A stretch of 64,000 bases of DNA from Macrostomum hystrix (GCA_950097015.1 CATNEN010000038.1:28334001-28398000), one strand, 5' to 3'. Positions 37,601-51,300 are shown, counted from the stretch's first letter. Notes: a model not told the origin generated them from the letters alone. Numbers and translations are program-made.

Positions 37601-39458
37601 TAAAGGTAATGAAGTTTGAGGACATTTCAATCCAAGAACATTTGAAACAAACTTATATGCTATACTGAACTAATAAATTGTGATGATTTGAAATAGAATA
37701 ATAGAATCCGCAGTTAATTATATAAAAAATCGGCCCTTATCAGAGTTCGGCCCCACACCGGAGCTCATCCGAGACCCGGAGCACCTTCTGTCGCTGTTAA
37801 ACGGCCCCGAGTGGTTCGACGCGCCGCAATTGTTCTTCGCTGGAGCCTTCCACTGCCTTGGCAAATCAGTGGCCTCTAAGCGTGGAACAGAATTCTATAG
37901 CAAGTATAAAGAGAATGGCGGTTTTGACATGCTGGTGAGTGAACAGGGAATTAAAGGTGGCCCTCTCTTCTGAACTCAGCGAAAAAAACGGCCCGAAATC
38001 TCAATGGGACTTCAAGCAACAAGCCCTACCACCTAAGCGTGTACGGGTCTCATTAACTTGAAACCCTACCCCAGATGTACACACGCCTCTCACAACGTTT
38101 AACCGACGGCCAATCTACGAACACCCATCACCAACCTCAAACGCTACGCCTCAATGTAAATACGGCTCTCACCAACCTCAAACCCCACCCCCCAATGTAC
38201 ACACGGCTCTCACCAAACTCAAACCCATCCCCCCAATGTACACACGCCTCTCAGCAACCTCAAACCCTACCCCCAATGTACACACGATCAACCTCATCGA
38301 GCAGTCATAAACTCATCAAAATAACTTTACTGTCTCGTGCATTCCTGATTGATAGGTGCGCCATCGCTGTCTGCCAAACATTGTTCGCAAGTCCCTAGCA
38401 GAGATGAAGCATTACGAGCTCTACTTAATGATGGGTCTCTGGTCGTTGGGCCTGAACATCATGCCCGACTGTCGCGACACTGTGATTCGCTACATCCAGA
38501 TGCCGAACATCATCGATCATTCCGTTGAGATGATGCGGGAGCCGAACAAGTACCCGGGCCCGATGCGGTTGCTGTCAATGCAAGTCATGTGCATGGTCTG
38601 CGAGAAGCAGGACGTCTGCCGGATGGTGTGCAACAGAATCGACTTCCCCGAATTCATGATCAAACTGTTCTCGGAGCCGATCACGCTGGACGAAAGCGAA
38701 CAGATTGAAGAGCTGCAGTACCGCCTGTTCCGCCAGCTGGTACAGTGCCCGAAGCTGGCTAACAGGCTCAATGAGGAGAACCACTTTGACGATGTGAGTC
38801 GGAAGTGCGAATATTATTCAGACATGGTGCGACAGGTCTAGTAGATATGGTAGATTGTCTAGTAGATCTAGTAGATATGGTAGATTGTCTAGTAGATCTA
38901 GTAGATATGGTATATTGTCTAGTAGATCTAGTAGATATGGTAGATTGTCTAGTAGATCTAGTAGATATGGTAGATTGTCTAGTAGATCTAGTAGATATGG
39001 TAGATTGTCTAGTAGATGCTAGTCTAGTTTGTTAGAGAAAGCAGATAAGATTCGCCTTCTACCTCAACGCTCAACTGCCGAACTACTCGCAGGTAATCAA
39101 AGGCCTTGAAGAGCTAATCGAGGTGGGCTGGCAGAGGCCGCTGATGTTTCGCCGGCTCCTCGACTGTGCCTGCCTGCTAGTTAATAATGTCAGCCTGCAG
39201 ACGAGACCGTGGCAGCGGCCCACAATGATGGACGCCGTCTGCCAGGCAGTTGTCATGATGACCACAATGATGGAAGGCGTCCCAGATGATGAGGCCTCCG
39301 TGAATCTGATTCGTCTGGCAGACCTGCTGCTGAAGCGAGAGCGCAACGAAGAAATGCTAGGCGCTGTCCAGATGGTGATGAACGCTGAGTACTTGCCGCA
39401 GGCCTGCCGCGACAGAGCTAGCAAATGCTATGAGGAAATCACCTACAGGGATGATTAG
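34636..39458 (+). CDS. Uncharacterised ~730-aa alpha-helical (possibly ARM/HEAT-like) protein
   Basis: Phase-compatible exons 34636-34908, 35087-35586, 36380-36590, 36752-36920, 37744-37934, 38356-~38835, 39093-39458(stop). GC3-rich codon usage. AATAAA at ~39480. The fold is a guess from amphipathic helices such as VRLEAYKLVANIA. Confidence 0.8.
35590..36300. repeat. Minisatellite, ~22-bp unit AAGAATTCGGAAACTGGATTCT
   Basis: Starts at the splice donor 35587. Has an internal ATAATAATTCGG variant block. Confidence 0.9.
37120..37600 (+). repeat. G-rich ~38-41-bp minisatellite TACATTGGGGGTAGGGTTTG(A/G)GGTTGGTGAGAGGCGTG
   Basis: Tandem units in intron 4. The same unit occurs inverted at 38020-38290 and direct at 39545-39805. 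Confidence 0.9.
38020..38290 (-). repeat. Inverted copy of the G-rich minisatellite
   Basis: CTCACCAACCTCAAACCCTACCCCCAATGTACACACG units. Confidence 0.85.
38836..39017. repeat. Minisatellite, 30-bp unit GTCTAGTAGATCTAGTAGATATGGTAGATT
   Basis: About 6 units beginning at the splice donor. Confidence 0.9.
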
Positions 39459-39544
39459 GATATAGAAGCAATAGCGGCCAATAAACATTTGACTTCGATT
39501 TAAAGTTATAAATCCTAAACATAATCAATGGCGTCCGCTCCTTT

Positions 39545-39805
39545 GGTGCAGGGTTTGAAGTTGGTGAGAGGTTTATGTACATTAGGGGTAGGGTTTGAGG
39601 TTGGTGAGAGGTGTGTACATTGGGGGTAGGGTTTGGGGTTGGTGAGAGGCGTGTACATTGGGGGTAGGTTTTGAAGTTGTTGGGAGGTTAAGAGAGGTGT
39701 ATGTACATTGAGTGTAGGGTTTGAAGTTGTTGAGAGGTGTATGTACATTGGGGGTAGGGTTTGAGGTTGGTGAGAGATGTGTGTACATTGGGGGTAGAGT
39801 TTGAC
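39545..39805 (+). repeat. Third array of the G-rich minisatellite
   Basis: Just downstream of the polyA signal. Confidence 0.85.
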
Positions 39806-40210
39806 GTTTGTAAGTGGTATATTTTATTTGAACTTTGACAAACATACTGTATATGTGCAGCTTTTTTTGCTTTAAAAACAATTAGGATTCGTGTGGCCAT
39901 CAAATTTTACTAGATTTAACTGCTTGACAACTTAACATTCTGACAATTTTCATATAAAAAAGTTGGTTATCATTAGGAGTCAATTTCAAATGCTAATTCG
40001 AAAATCGATTTAAAATGAACAACACTTACGTTTGATCTTATTAGATTTTGCCTTTGAAAACACTTTTTGTTTACTTCTTATTAAATTATTTCACTGCTTT
40101 CTTTTCAAAAAAAGTTTTTGGTTACTTTTTATTCAGAAACAATATTTTTCATTTGAATAATTTTTTTGCCGTTTGATGTGAACTAACATATCTTTGACGT
40201 TTAATTCCGC

Positions 40211-40497
40211 TCGATTGAGCTCGATTCCGCAGCGAGGGCACATCAAATTAGGGCGCAGCCGCGGAGAGAAGGCTTGGAGGCTTGTCGCGCAATTTACGCC
40301 CTTGAGGGCCAACCTCCAAGGCACAGTGAAAGTGTACACTCGCCATGAGAAAGACAGGGCAGATGTACACACCTGTGAGCGTGTGTGCTCAGGAGTCAGC
40401 GAAACGGGCAGAATTGCCTCCTCGCTGGCTGCGGGTCTAGTGTCATAAAAATTATGTGCCATTGCCCGCAGCCCTCCAGCAAATGTTATTATTATTA
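40211..40497 (+). mobile_element. SINE family A with (ATT)n tail
   Basis: GAGCTCGATTCCGC...GCGGGTCTAGTGTCA...GCCCGCAGCCCTCCAGCAAATGTTATTATTATT. Confidence 0.85.
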
Positions 40498-40529
40498 TAT
40501 GGGTCATGTGTACAGCTAGTGGCACAGCC

Positions 40530-40730
40530 GAAACTATTTCGCCACGCTTACAAAGCCTGTGTACAACTGTTCAGTCCATGGACTGGGAGGACGCCACACC
40601 CGCTTAAATTTCTGACCTCAGCTGGTGCTGGTAACCGCTAAGTGTCTTGCTCTTGGACACTAATGGTTTCCATTCTAATGAAGAATCGAACTCACGACCT
40701 TTGGATCAGAGTTTTGAAACTGTCACCACT
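40530..40730 (-). mobile_element. SINE family B, degenerate
   Basis: CTGTTCAGTCCATGGACTGG...AAGTGTCTTGCT...GAATCGAACTC is the reverse complement of family B. Confidence 0.7.
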
Positions 40731-41193
40731 TTTCTAAAAGCTCTCTCATTATTTGCTCTATATACTACTGTACATCTGCCAAATTACAAGTATTCGTAAT
40801 TATATAACGTATATTCATTAGACTTTGCCTATCAAGTGAAGTGATAATTTTACATTAAGTGTACATTCATTATTTACATGAAATGTACATGGGAGAGTAA
40901 AGTAATAAAGTAATAGCTAGCACATCCAATGATCTAAAATGTTCTTTGCTGTTATTTGTTTCATAATAATTATTCTTTTACGATGAATTCGTGATTGATT
41001 TCTACAGATCATCCGCCAATTTTTAAGGCAAAGCGCCGAGATATTTATTAAACGCGATTTTTTGGCTCAAGTTTTAACCAGTGTTCCTCCTGCTTGTTGG
41101 TACTTTAATAAATAAAATGATAATTAAAAAAAGCTTGCTAAATACTTTTCTAGAAAGTACCTTTAAGTCTAGACTTCACACATTCAGCAGCTT

Positions 41194-41470
41194 CTTAACT
41201 CTGAATTGCTTCAGTTCACCCAGCTGTTAAATGGGTACCAGCATCAGCTGGGGGGCATTTGAGTGTGGATGTGGCGTCCCACCAGTCCATGGACTGTACA
41301 GCCGTACACAACATTTTGTCCGCTGCAGTGAAGTGTACACTGCCGGTTGATGAGTACAGTCAGGGCAGATGTACACACCTGTGTGCGTGTGTGCTCAGCA
41401 TTCAGGACTCAGGGCAGAATTGCCTCCTCGCTGGCTGCGGGTCTAGTGTCACCAAATGATGTGCCATCCT
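41194..41470 (+). mobile_element. Chimeric SINE: family B core joined to family A 3' half
   Basis: CTTAACTCTGAATTGCTTCAGTTCACCCAGCTGTTAAATGGGTACC (B) runs into CAGTGAAGTGTACACTG...GGGTCTAGTGTCACCAAATGATGTGCCA (A). Confidence 0.7.
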
Positions 41471-42352
41471 GAAATAGTTATTATTACCAGCGGTCGTGAG
41501 TTCGCTTCTCAACCAAAATAAGGAAAAAAATTTCTCGTCAAGCGAAAGCAAATGATATATCTGATTTCGACTTTTCGACTGCCTTCATGGTTTTTTAAAA
41601 CCAGCAAGGGAGCAGATATGACTAAATGAGCTGGCCGCACAGCAGACAATGCATTTAATTTATTTGTCTTTTTAGGTTTAAAAATTATCGTGCCGTTTTT
41701 ACGTGAGCTGAATAGCCAAATTAAATAGAGAATTTTAACTAACACAAGTTTACCGATTGCGAACTGAAAGTGCATGACAACATGATTAAACAAACAAAAA
41801 ATTGTTTTACTTTTTACTTGTAATAAAAAGTTTCACAGCACAGATTCATGCTTGGATAAAAGTAGTATAGTTTGAATATGCTTTCACAGTAGACCACACG
41901 TGGGCTATTCAAATACCCAGGTTTCATCCAACCAATCAACCATGAAAATCCAGAACACGGGCTTAAATTTTCCGCTACATCCGACATAACATCCACGCTA
42001 CATTCCGCTACATAATGAAAGTTAGTTCATCATAGAATGTGGAAAATTTTAATACAAATGGTGAAAATTGGTCATAGGGTTTGGGAGCTATCGTGCTGCC
42101 TTGTAGAATTTGTGTGAAAAGCAAAAACCTCAAGCAATTGAAACAGACCCAAATTTTAAATTATTTTTATGACTAATAATTCTACTCGTTGATGATGTCT
42201 AACTGAGAGGTCACGAGTTCGTTTCTGGGAAAAAAAGGCTGAGAAATTTCGGATCTGTTTTCAGCCTGAGATTATGCTTTACGGGCTCGTAATAAAAAAC
42301 TTCCTTGTCTAAATAGGCAAAAGCGACAGATTGATGTGAGCGAGCAGTGTGC

Positions 42353-45300
42353 TCAAGCAGTGGACTCGTCAGCTGCCAGCGCGCTGTTCCGTTCGTCTTC
42401 GTCGTCGTCGTCGTCAAGTTCGGCTTCGTCTAGCGTTGGCGACTCGGCGAAAGCGAGGCACTCGGACTCGAAAAGAAGGTAAGACTTCATGCGTACAGGC
42501 AGTGGCAGCTGGTCTATTCTCTGTTAAATGATTGAATCTAGCTATATAATAATAGTTAAATAGCTATATAATAATAGTTAAATAGCTATATAATAATAGT
42601 TAAATAGCTATATAATAATAGTTAAATAGCTATATAATAATAGTTAAATAGCTATATAATAATAGTTAAATAGCTATATAATAATAGTTAAATAGCTATA
42701 TAATAATAGTTAAATAGCTATATAATAATAGTTAAATAGCTATATAATAATAGTTAAATAGCTATATAATAATAGTTAAATAGCTATATAATAATAGTTA
42801 AATAGCTATATAATAATAGTTAAATAGCTATATAATAATAGTTAAATAGCTATATAAGTTTGAGTCGCTAGAGATGCATTTGAGTCGCTAGAGATGCATT
42901 TGAGTCGCTAGAGATGTATTTGTGTCGCTAGAGATGCATTTGAGTCGCTAGAGATGCATTTGAGTCGCTAGAGATGCATTTGAGTCGCTAGAGATGCATT
43001 TGAGTCGCTAGAGATGCATTTGAGTCGCTAGAGATGCATTTGAGTCGCTAGAGATGCATTTGAGTCGCTAGAGATGAATTTGAGTCGCTAGAGATGCATT
43101 TGAGTCGCTAGAGATGCATTTGAGTCGCTAGAGGTGCATTTGAGTCGCTAGAGATGCATTTGAGTCGCTAGAGATGCATTTGAGTCATTGGAGCAGTGTT
43201 TAAGTAAAGCAGACCCAAATTAGCAACTAACCGACTCGGCCATCACGCCGCCGATTCGTTCTCGCACGACTCGTCGGCACAGGTGTGTCAGTCTCGGCGG
43301 TCGACGCAGCCAGACGGTCTCCACCCAGCCGGCTAGCCGGTCTCGCCCCGGATCCGGTTGCGTCAGCGAAGCTCCAGCGGCGGCGGCGGCGGAGGCTCCA
43401 GCCTGCAGCACCGGTAAAAGGTTGGCGTCCTCGTCGAGACGCCAGCCGCATCGGATGAGGAAGACAACAGCTGACCAGTGGCTTCTCCATGCCAAGAACA
43501 CTATGGGAGAGTTCATCTGGCGCTGAAGGAAACGGTTGGGAGGAGAAATGTGCATGGGATACCGTCCGACTCACCTGTTTCATCTGTAATTTTACCTGTT
43601 GCATCATCTGTTATACCTGCTCCATTATCTGTCATTCTACCTGTTGCATCATCTGTTATACCTGCTCCATTATCTGTCATTCTACCTGTTGCATCATCTG
43701 TTATACCTGCTACATTATCTGCCATTTTACCTGTTGCATCATCTGTTATACGTGCTCCATTATCTGTCATTTTTACCTGTTCTATCCCCTTGTTTACCTG
43801 CATTGGACTAGCCTGCTGCTGCTGCTGCTGCTGTTGCTGCCAATTTGTTGGTCCCAGCGTTGCCCCGGCCCTGACCATCAGTCGAAGGCCTTCGTAGCAG
43901 TCTGCCTGCGAAATTCGCTCGACCATCAGCTGGAAGACGCACTTGCTCAACGGCGAGTAGCCGAATTTGTCTAGCGAGTTGACGTCGCAGCCGTGGCTGA
44001 TCAAGGCGCTCAAAATTGTATTGCGTCCAGCGCAGTTGAGCATGTTGGCTCTGTGCAGCGGGCTGGCGCCGTTCTTGTCCGCAGATAGTACGTTGGCGCC
44101 GTTGTCAAGCAGCAGACGGACCAGCGTCTCACAGCCAGAGCTGACGGCGAGGGACAGCGGCGACTCGCCCGCCTCCTCGGTCAGCGCGTTGATCTGGGAG
44201 AATGAGAAATCATATTGTGCATAAATTGGTCTTATCTCTCCCGTGTCTCATCTCTCCCGTGTCTCATCTCTCCCGTGTCTCAACTCTCCCGTGTCTCATC
44301 TCTCCCGTGTCTCAACTCTCCCGTGTCTCAACTCTCCCGTGTCTCAACTCTCCCGTGTCTTATCTCTCCCGTGTCTTATCTCTCCCATGTCTCATCTCTC
44401 CCGTGTCTCAACTCTCCCGTGTCTTATCTCTCCCGTGTCTCATCTCTCCCGTGTCTCAACTCTCCCGTGTCTCAACTCTCCCGTGTCTTATCTCTCCCGT
44501 GTCTTATCTCTCCCATGTCTCATCTCTCCCGTGTCTCATCTCTCCCGTGTCTCAACTCTCCCGTGTCTCATCTCTCCCGTGTCTTATCTCTCCCGTGTCT
44601 TATCTCTCCCATGTCTCATCTCTCCCGTGTCTCAACTCTCCCGTGTCTTATCTCTCCCGTGTCTCATCTCTCCCGTGTCTCAACTCTCCCGTGTCTCAAC
44701 TCTCCCGTGTCTTATCTCTCCCGTGTCTTATCTCTCCCATGTCTCATCTCTCCCGTGTCTCATCTCTCCCGTGTCTCAACTCTCCCGTGTCTCATCTCTC
44801 CCGTGTCTCAACTCTCCCGTGTCTCAACTCTCCCGTGTCTCAACTCTCCCGTGTCTTATCTCTCCCGTGTCTTATCTCTCCCATGTCTCATCTCTCCCGT
44901 GTCTCAACTCTCCCGTGTCTTATCTCTCCCGTGTCTCATCTCTCCCGTGTCTCAACTCTCCCGTGTCTCAACTCTCCCGTGTCTTATCTCTCCCGTGTCT
45001 CATCTCTCCCGTGTCTCATCTCTCCCGTGTCTCATCTCTCCCGTGTCTCATCTCTCCCGTGTCTCATCTCTCCCGTGTCTCATCTCTCCCGTGTCTCATC
45101 TCTCCCGTGTCTCAACTCTCCCGTGTCTCAACTCTCCCGTGTCTTATCTCTCCCGTGTCTTATCTCTCCCATGTCTCATCTCTCCCGTGTCTCAACTCTC
45201 CCGTGTCTTATCTCTCCCGTGTCTCATCTCTCCCGTGTCTCAACTCTCCCGTGTCTCAACTCTCCCGTGTCTTATCTCTCCCGTGTCTTATCTCTCCCAT

Positions 45301-48300
45301 GTCTCATCTCTCCCGTGTCTCATCTCTCCCGTGTCTCAACTCTCCCGTGTCTCATCTCTCCCGTGTCTCAACTCTCCCGTGTCTCAACTCTCCCGTGTCT
45401 CAACTCTCCCGTGTCTTATCTCTCCCGTGTCTTATCTCTCCCATGTCTCATCTCTCCCGTGTCTCAACTCTCCCGTGTCTTATCTCTCCCGTGTCTCATC
45501 TCTCCCGTGTCTCAACTCTCCCGTGTCTCAACTCTCCCGTGTCTTATCTCTCCCGTGTCTCATCTCTCCCGTGTCTCATCTCTCCCGTGTCTCATCTCTC
45601 CCGTGTCTCATCTCTCCCGTGTCTCATCTCTCCCGTGTCTCATCTCTCCCGTGTCTCATCTCTCCCGTGTCTCATCTCTCTCTGCCACTTCATTTTCTTA
45701 AATCGAAAACCTTAATTAGACTCGTATAATGCCATTTGAAAGTGACTCAAACTTTATTACAAATCGATTTCTTTTTGGACAGAACAACGAGAAAAACATA
45801 GCCAGGCGAAAATGATTTTCCTACATTGAACTAACCATGCTAGAGCTTGACCGACTCAGCTCAAAATCAATAATGCAAAAGTTGTCTACTTGGAATATAA
45901 TTCAATGGAGAGAGGAGAATTCATGGTGTGAGTCATGCTGAGTCCTTTTGAGCACACATGCCCTGCCCTGTAAGTGCTTTTTTATCCTACGTGGGTAGAC
46001 TGCCGGACTCATGCTTGCCTGGAAACTATGGGATCTCTTGGTTGTTGGGGCCTAAAAAATATTGCAAACCAAACTCGATAAGTAATCTATGATAATTATC
46101 AGATCAAAACACTGCTCTCTAGCTAATAAGTCTCGAACATTAAGAATCATTCCATTAAAATAACTTCGTAGGAAAATATCCTTCATCACTCTCAAACTCT
46201 CTTATTATAACCACTTGTTACTCTTCCCATTGCAATAAATACCTTTCAATCCGAACAATCCCTAATTGATCCCTAGAAATCATTAATTGATTCCTAGCAA
46301 TCCCTTATGATCCTCAGCAATCCGATATAATCCCTAGCAATCCCATATGATCCCTAGCAATCCCATATGACCCCTAGCAACCCCATATGATCCCTAGCAA
46401 TCCCATATGATCCCAAGCAACCCCATATGAACCCTAGCAACCCCATATGATCCCAAGCAACCCCATATGAACCCTAGCAACCCCATATGATCCCAAGCAA
46501 CCCCATATGATCCCAAGCAACCCCATATGACCCCTAGCAACCCCATATGATCCCTAGCAACCCCATATGATCCCAAGCAACCCCATATGATCCCTAGCAA
46601 CCCCATATGATCCCTAGCAATCCCATATGATCCCTAGCAATCCCATATGATCCCTAGCAATCCCATATGACCCCTAGCAACCCCATATGATCCCTAGCAA
46701 CCCCATATGATCCCTAGCAACCCCATATGATCCCAAGCAACCCCATATGAACCCTAGCAACCCCATATGATCCCTAGCAATCCCATATGATCCCTAGCAA
46801 TCCCATATGATCCCAAGCAACCCCATATGATCCCTAGCAACCCCATATGATCCCTAGCAATCCCATATGATCCCAAGCAACCCCATATGATCCCAAGCAA
46901 CCCCATATGATCCCTAGCAATCCCATATGATCCCTAGCAATCCCATATGATCCCTAGCAATCCCATATGATCCCTAGCAATCCCATATGAACCCTAGCAA
47001 TCCCATATGATCCCAAGCAACCCCATATGAACCCTAGCAACCCCATATGATCCCTAGCAATCCCATATGACCCCTAGCAACCCATATGATCCCTAGCAAT
47101 CCCATATGATCCCTAGCAATCCCATATGAACCCTAGCAATCCCATATGATCCCAAGCAACCCCATATGATCCCTAGCAATCCCATATGATCCCTAGCAAT
47201 CCCATATGAACCCTAGCAATCCCATATGATCCCTAGCAACCCCATATGAACCCTAGCAACCCCATATGATCCCTAGCAATCCCATATGATCCCTAGCAAT
47301 CCCATATGAACCCTAGCAATCCCATATGATCCCAAGCAACCCCATATGAACCCTAGCAATCCCATATGACCCCTAGCAACCCCATATGATCCCTAGCAAC
47401 CCCATATGATCCCAAGCAATCCCATATGACCCCTAGCAACCCCATATGATCCCAAGCAATCCCATATGACCCCTAGCAACCCCATATGATCCCTAGCAAC
47501 CCCATATGATCCCTAGCAACCCCATATGATCCCAAGCAACCCCATATGATCCCAAGCAACCCCATATGATCCCAAGCAACCCCATATGATCCCAAGCAAC
47601 CCCATATGATCCCAAGCAACCCCATATGATCCCAAGCAACCCCATATGATCCCAAGCAACCCCATATGATCCCTAGCAATCCCATATGATCCCTAGCAAT
47701 CCCATATGACCCCTAGCAATCCCATATGATCCCTAGCAATCCCATATGACCCCTAGCAACCCCATATGATCCCTAGCAACCCCATATGATCCCTAGCAAC
47801 CCCATATGATCCCAAGCAACCCCATATGATCCCAAGCAACCCCATATGATCCCAAGCAACCCCATATGATCCCTAGCAATCCCATATGACCCCTAGCAAC
47901 CCCATATGATCCCAAGCAATCCCATATGATCCCAAGCAACCCCATATGATCCCAAGCAACCCCATATGATCCCTAGCAATCCCATATGACCCCTAGCAAT
48001 CCCATATGATCCCTAGCAATCCCATATGATCCCTAGCAATCCCATATGACCCCTAGCAACCCCATATGATCCCAAGCAATCCCATATGATCCCAAGCAAC
48101 CCCATATGATCCCAAGCAACCCCATATGATCCCTAGCAACCCCATATGATCCCAAGCAACCCCATATGATCCCAAGCAACCCCATATGATCCCAAGCAAC
48201 CCCATATGATCCCTAGCAATCCCATATGACCCCTAGCAACCCCATATGATCCCAAGCAATCCCATATGATCCCAAGCAACCCCATATGATCCCAAGCAAC

Positions 48301-51300
48301 CCCATATGATCCCTAGCAATCCCATATGACCCCTAGCAATCCCATATGATCCCTAGCAATCCCATATGAACCCTAGCAATCCCATATGATCCCTAGCAAT
48401 CCCATATGATCCCAAGCAACCCCATATGATCCCAAGCAACCCCATATGATCCCTAGCAATCCCATATGATCCCTAGCAATCCCATATGACCCCTAGCAAT
48501 CCCATATGATCCCTAGCAATCCCATATGACCCCTAGCAACCCCATATGATCCCTAGCAACCCCATATGATCCCTAGCAACCCCATATGATCCCAAGCAAC
48601 CCCATATGATCCCAAGCAACCCCATATGATCCCAAGCAACCCCATATGATCCCTAGCAATCCCATATGACCCCTAGCAACCCCATATGATCCCAAGCAAT
48701 CCCATATGATCCCAAGCAACCCCATATGATCCCAAGCAACCCCATATGATCCCTAGCAATCCCATATGACCCCTAGCAATCCCATATGATCCCTAGCAAT
48801 CCCATATGAACCCTAGCAATCCCATATGACCCCTAGCAACCCCATATGATCCCAAGCAATCCCATATGACCCCTAGCAACCCCATATGATCCCTAGCAAC
48901 CCCATATGATCCCTAGCAACCCCATATGATCCCAAGCAACCCCATATGATCCCAAGCAACCCCATATGATCCCAAGCAACCCCATATGATCCCAAGCAAC
49001 CCCATATGATCCCAAGCAACCCCATATGATCCCAAGCAACCCCATATGATCCCAAGCAACCCCATATGATCCCTAGCAATCCCATATGATCCCTAGCAAT
49101 CCCATATGACCCCTAGCAATCCCATATGATCCCTAGCAATCCCATATGACCCCTAGCAACCCCATATGATCCCTAGCAACCCCATATGATCCCTAGCAAC
49201 CCCATATGATCCCAAGCAACCCCATATGATCCCAAGCAACCCCATATGATCCCTAGCAACCCCATATGATCCCTAGCAATCCCATATGACCCCTAGCAAC
49301 CCCATATGATCCCAAGCAATCCCATATGATCCCAAGCAACCCCATATGATCCCAAGCAACCCCATATGATCCCTAGCAATCCCATATGACCCCTAGCAAT
49401 CCCATATGATCCCTAGCAATCCCATATGAACCCTAGCAATCCCATATGATCCCTAGCAATCCCATATGACCCCTAGCAACCCCATATGATCCCTAGCAAC
49501 CCCATATGATCCCTAGCAATCCCTTTATGATCCATAATGATCTCATTGGTCCCTAATTTATGTCTAACAATCCCTATTTTAACCAAACAGTCGCTTATGA
49601 TTTCATAATATCCCAAATTATCCGATAAAATCAATAAAAATCTTTAATAATTTGTAATGCTCACTTTTGATCCCAATAATTTACTCAGTAATATCAATGC
49701 CAATCCCAATACTTGAACAATAACAAAAGATCCTCACTGATCTCCGAAATTCCTCATTTTTTTAGAATTTTATAATCAATTATAAAAATTATACATTGCA
49801 TGATGTTCATCCCTTAAAATATACAAAATTATCCCAAAACTCACATCGGCCCCTTTCGCCAGCAGATTCACCAGCAAGTCGACCCTAACGGAGGGGATGT
49901 CCAGCGAGGTCCCAGAGGCCGCAGATTCGGCAGCCGCAGTCATCGGCAGTATACCGGCTGTGCCGGCACACCTGATGATGGCCAGGTGAATCGGACGAAC
50001 TCCCTGATGATCGCCGCAGTTAACGTCAACGCCGGGCAGGGACAGCAGGAAGTTGATCATTGTCCACCGGTCATTCAGAATGGCCTTGGGGTGAAAATAC
50101 AAATGGGATAAATTGATTATTTCAGAAAAAATTTTCAGCAGACTTCAGCAGACACACACCTCCAACCCTGAACCTTCAGCAGACACCCACCTCCAACCCT
50201 GAACCTTCAGCAGACACCCACCTCCAACCCTGAACCTTCAGCAGACACCCACCTCCAACCCTGAACCTTCAGCAGACACCCACCTCCAACCCTGAACCTT
50301 CAGCAGACACCCACCTCAAACCCTGAACCCTCAGCAAAACCCGCCTATAACCCTGGCCCATTGTGAAGTCACCTGGTGCAGAGGCGACCTCCCGGAGGTG
50401 TCCCGGGCGCCGACATCAGCGCCAGCGTTGAGCAAGCACTCGGCTGTGGCAGTCGAATGATCCCTCTTGGCGGCCAGGTGCAATGGAGTCTGGCCATAGA
50501 CATCGACGCAGCGAGGACTGGCTCCGCGCTCTAGCAGCGCCAGCACGCAGTGCAGGCAGGCGGACTCCACTGCCAGATGCAGCGGCGTCTCGCCAGACTC
50601 CGCCAGCATGTCAGGGCAGGCGCCGCGAGCCAGCAGGGTGTCCACGCATTCGCAGTGCCGACCGCGCACCGCCAGATGCAGCGCTGTCATCTGTTCGGGC
50701 TTCGGTGTCTTCGGCATGTTGACGGAGGACTCCTGGCTGAGGATCTCGATCACGTGAACGTGGCCGCGGTCAGCCGCTCGAAGGAGCGGCGTCCAACCGT
50801 CGGCGTCCTGAACGTTCAGCGGGCCGGTAGGCAGGAAAACGCGAACGATCGCGGCGCTGCCGGACTCGGCGGCGTGGTGGATGAAGCGACGACCGCGGCA
50901 GTCTGCAGGCGAAGGATATGATAGGATAAAGAGAGGATTAGATAGGATTGGATAGGATAGAATAGGATTGGATTGGATAGGATAGGATAGGATTGGATAG
51001 GATAGGATAGGATAGGATAGGATAGTATAAGGAAAGGATAAGCATTGGAAAGGATAGGATAGGATAGGATGGGATAGGATAAGGATGGGATAAGCATAGG
51101 AAAGGATAGGATAGGATAGGATAGGATAGAATAGGATAGGATAGGAGTGGATAGGATAGGAGTGGATAGGATAGGAGTGGATAGGATAGGAGTGGATAGG
51201 ATAGGAGTGGATAGGATAGGATATTATAGGATAGGAGTGGATAGGATAGGGCTTGCAAAGTGTTTCTAAAGCATCCAGCCAGTTCCTTAGACTGTTTGAC

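Noticed and set aside
44202-45729. Three ~500-aa ORFs
   Set aside because: A 16-bp repeat lacking stop codons, and intronic.
10958-49530. CRISPR-like appearance of the regular arrays
   Set aside because: No unique spacers, no cas genes, and a eukaryotic intron context.
51251-51260. Possible GC-AG donor (GCAAGC) for ASB exon 1
   Set aside because: Wrong phase. The canonical GT donor at 51305 restores the ankyrin frame.
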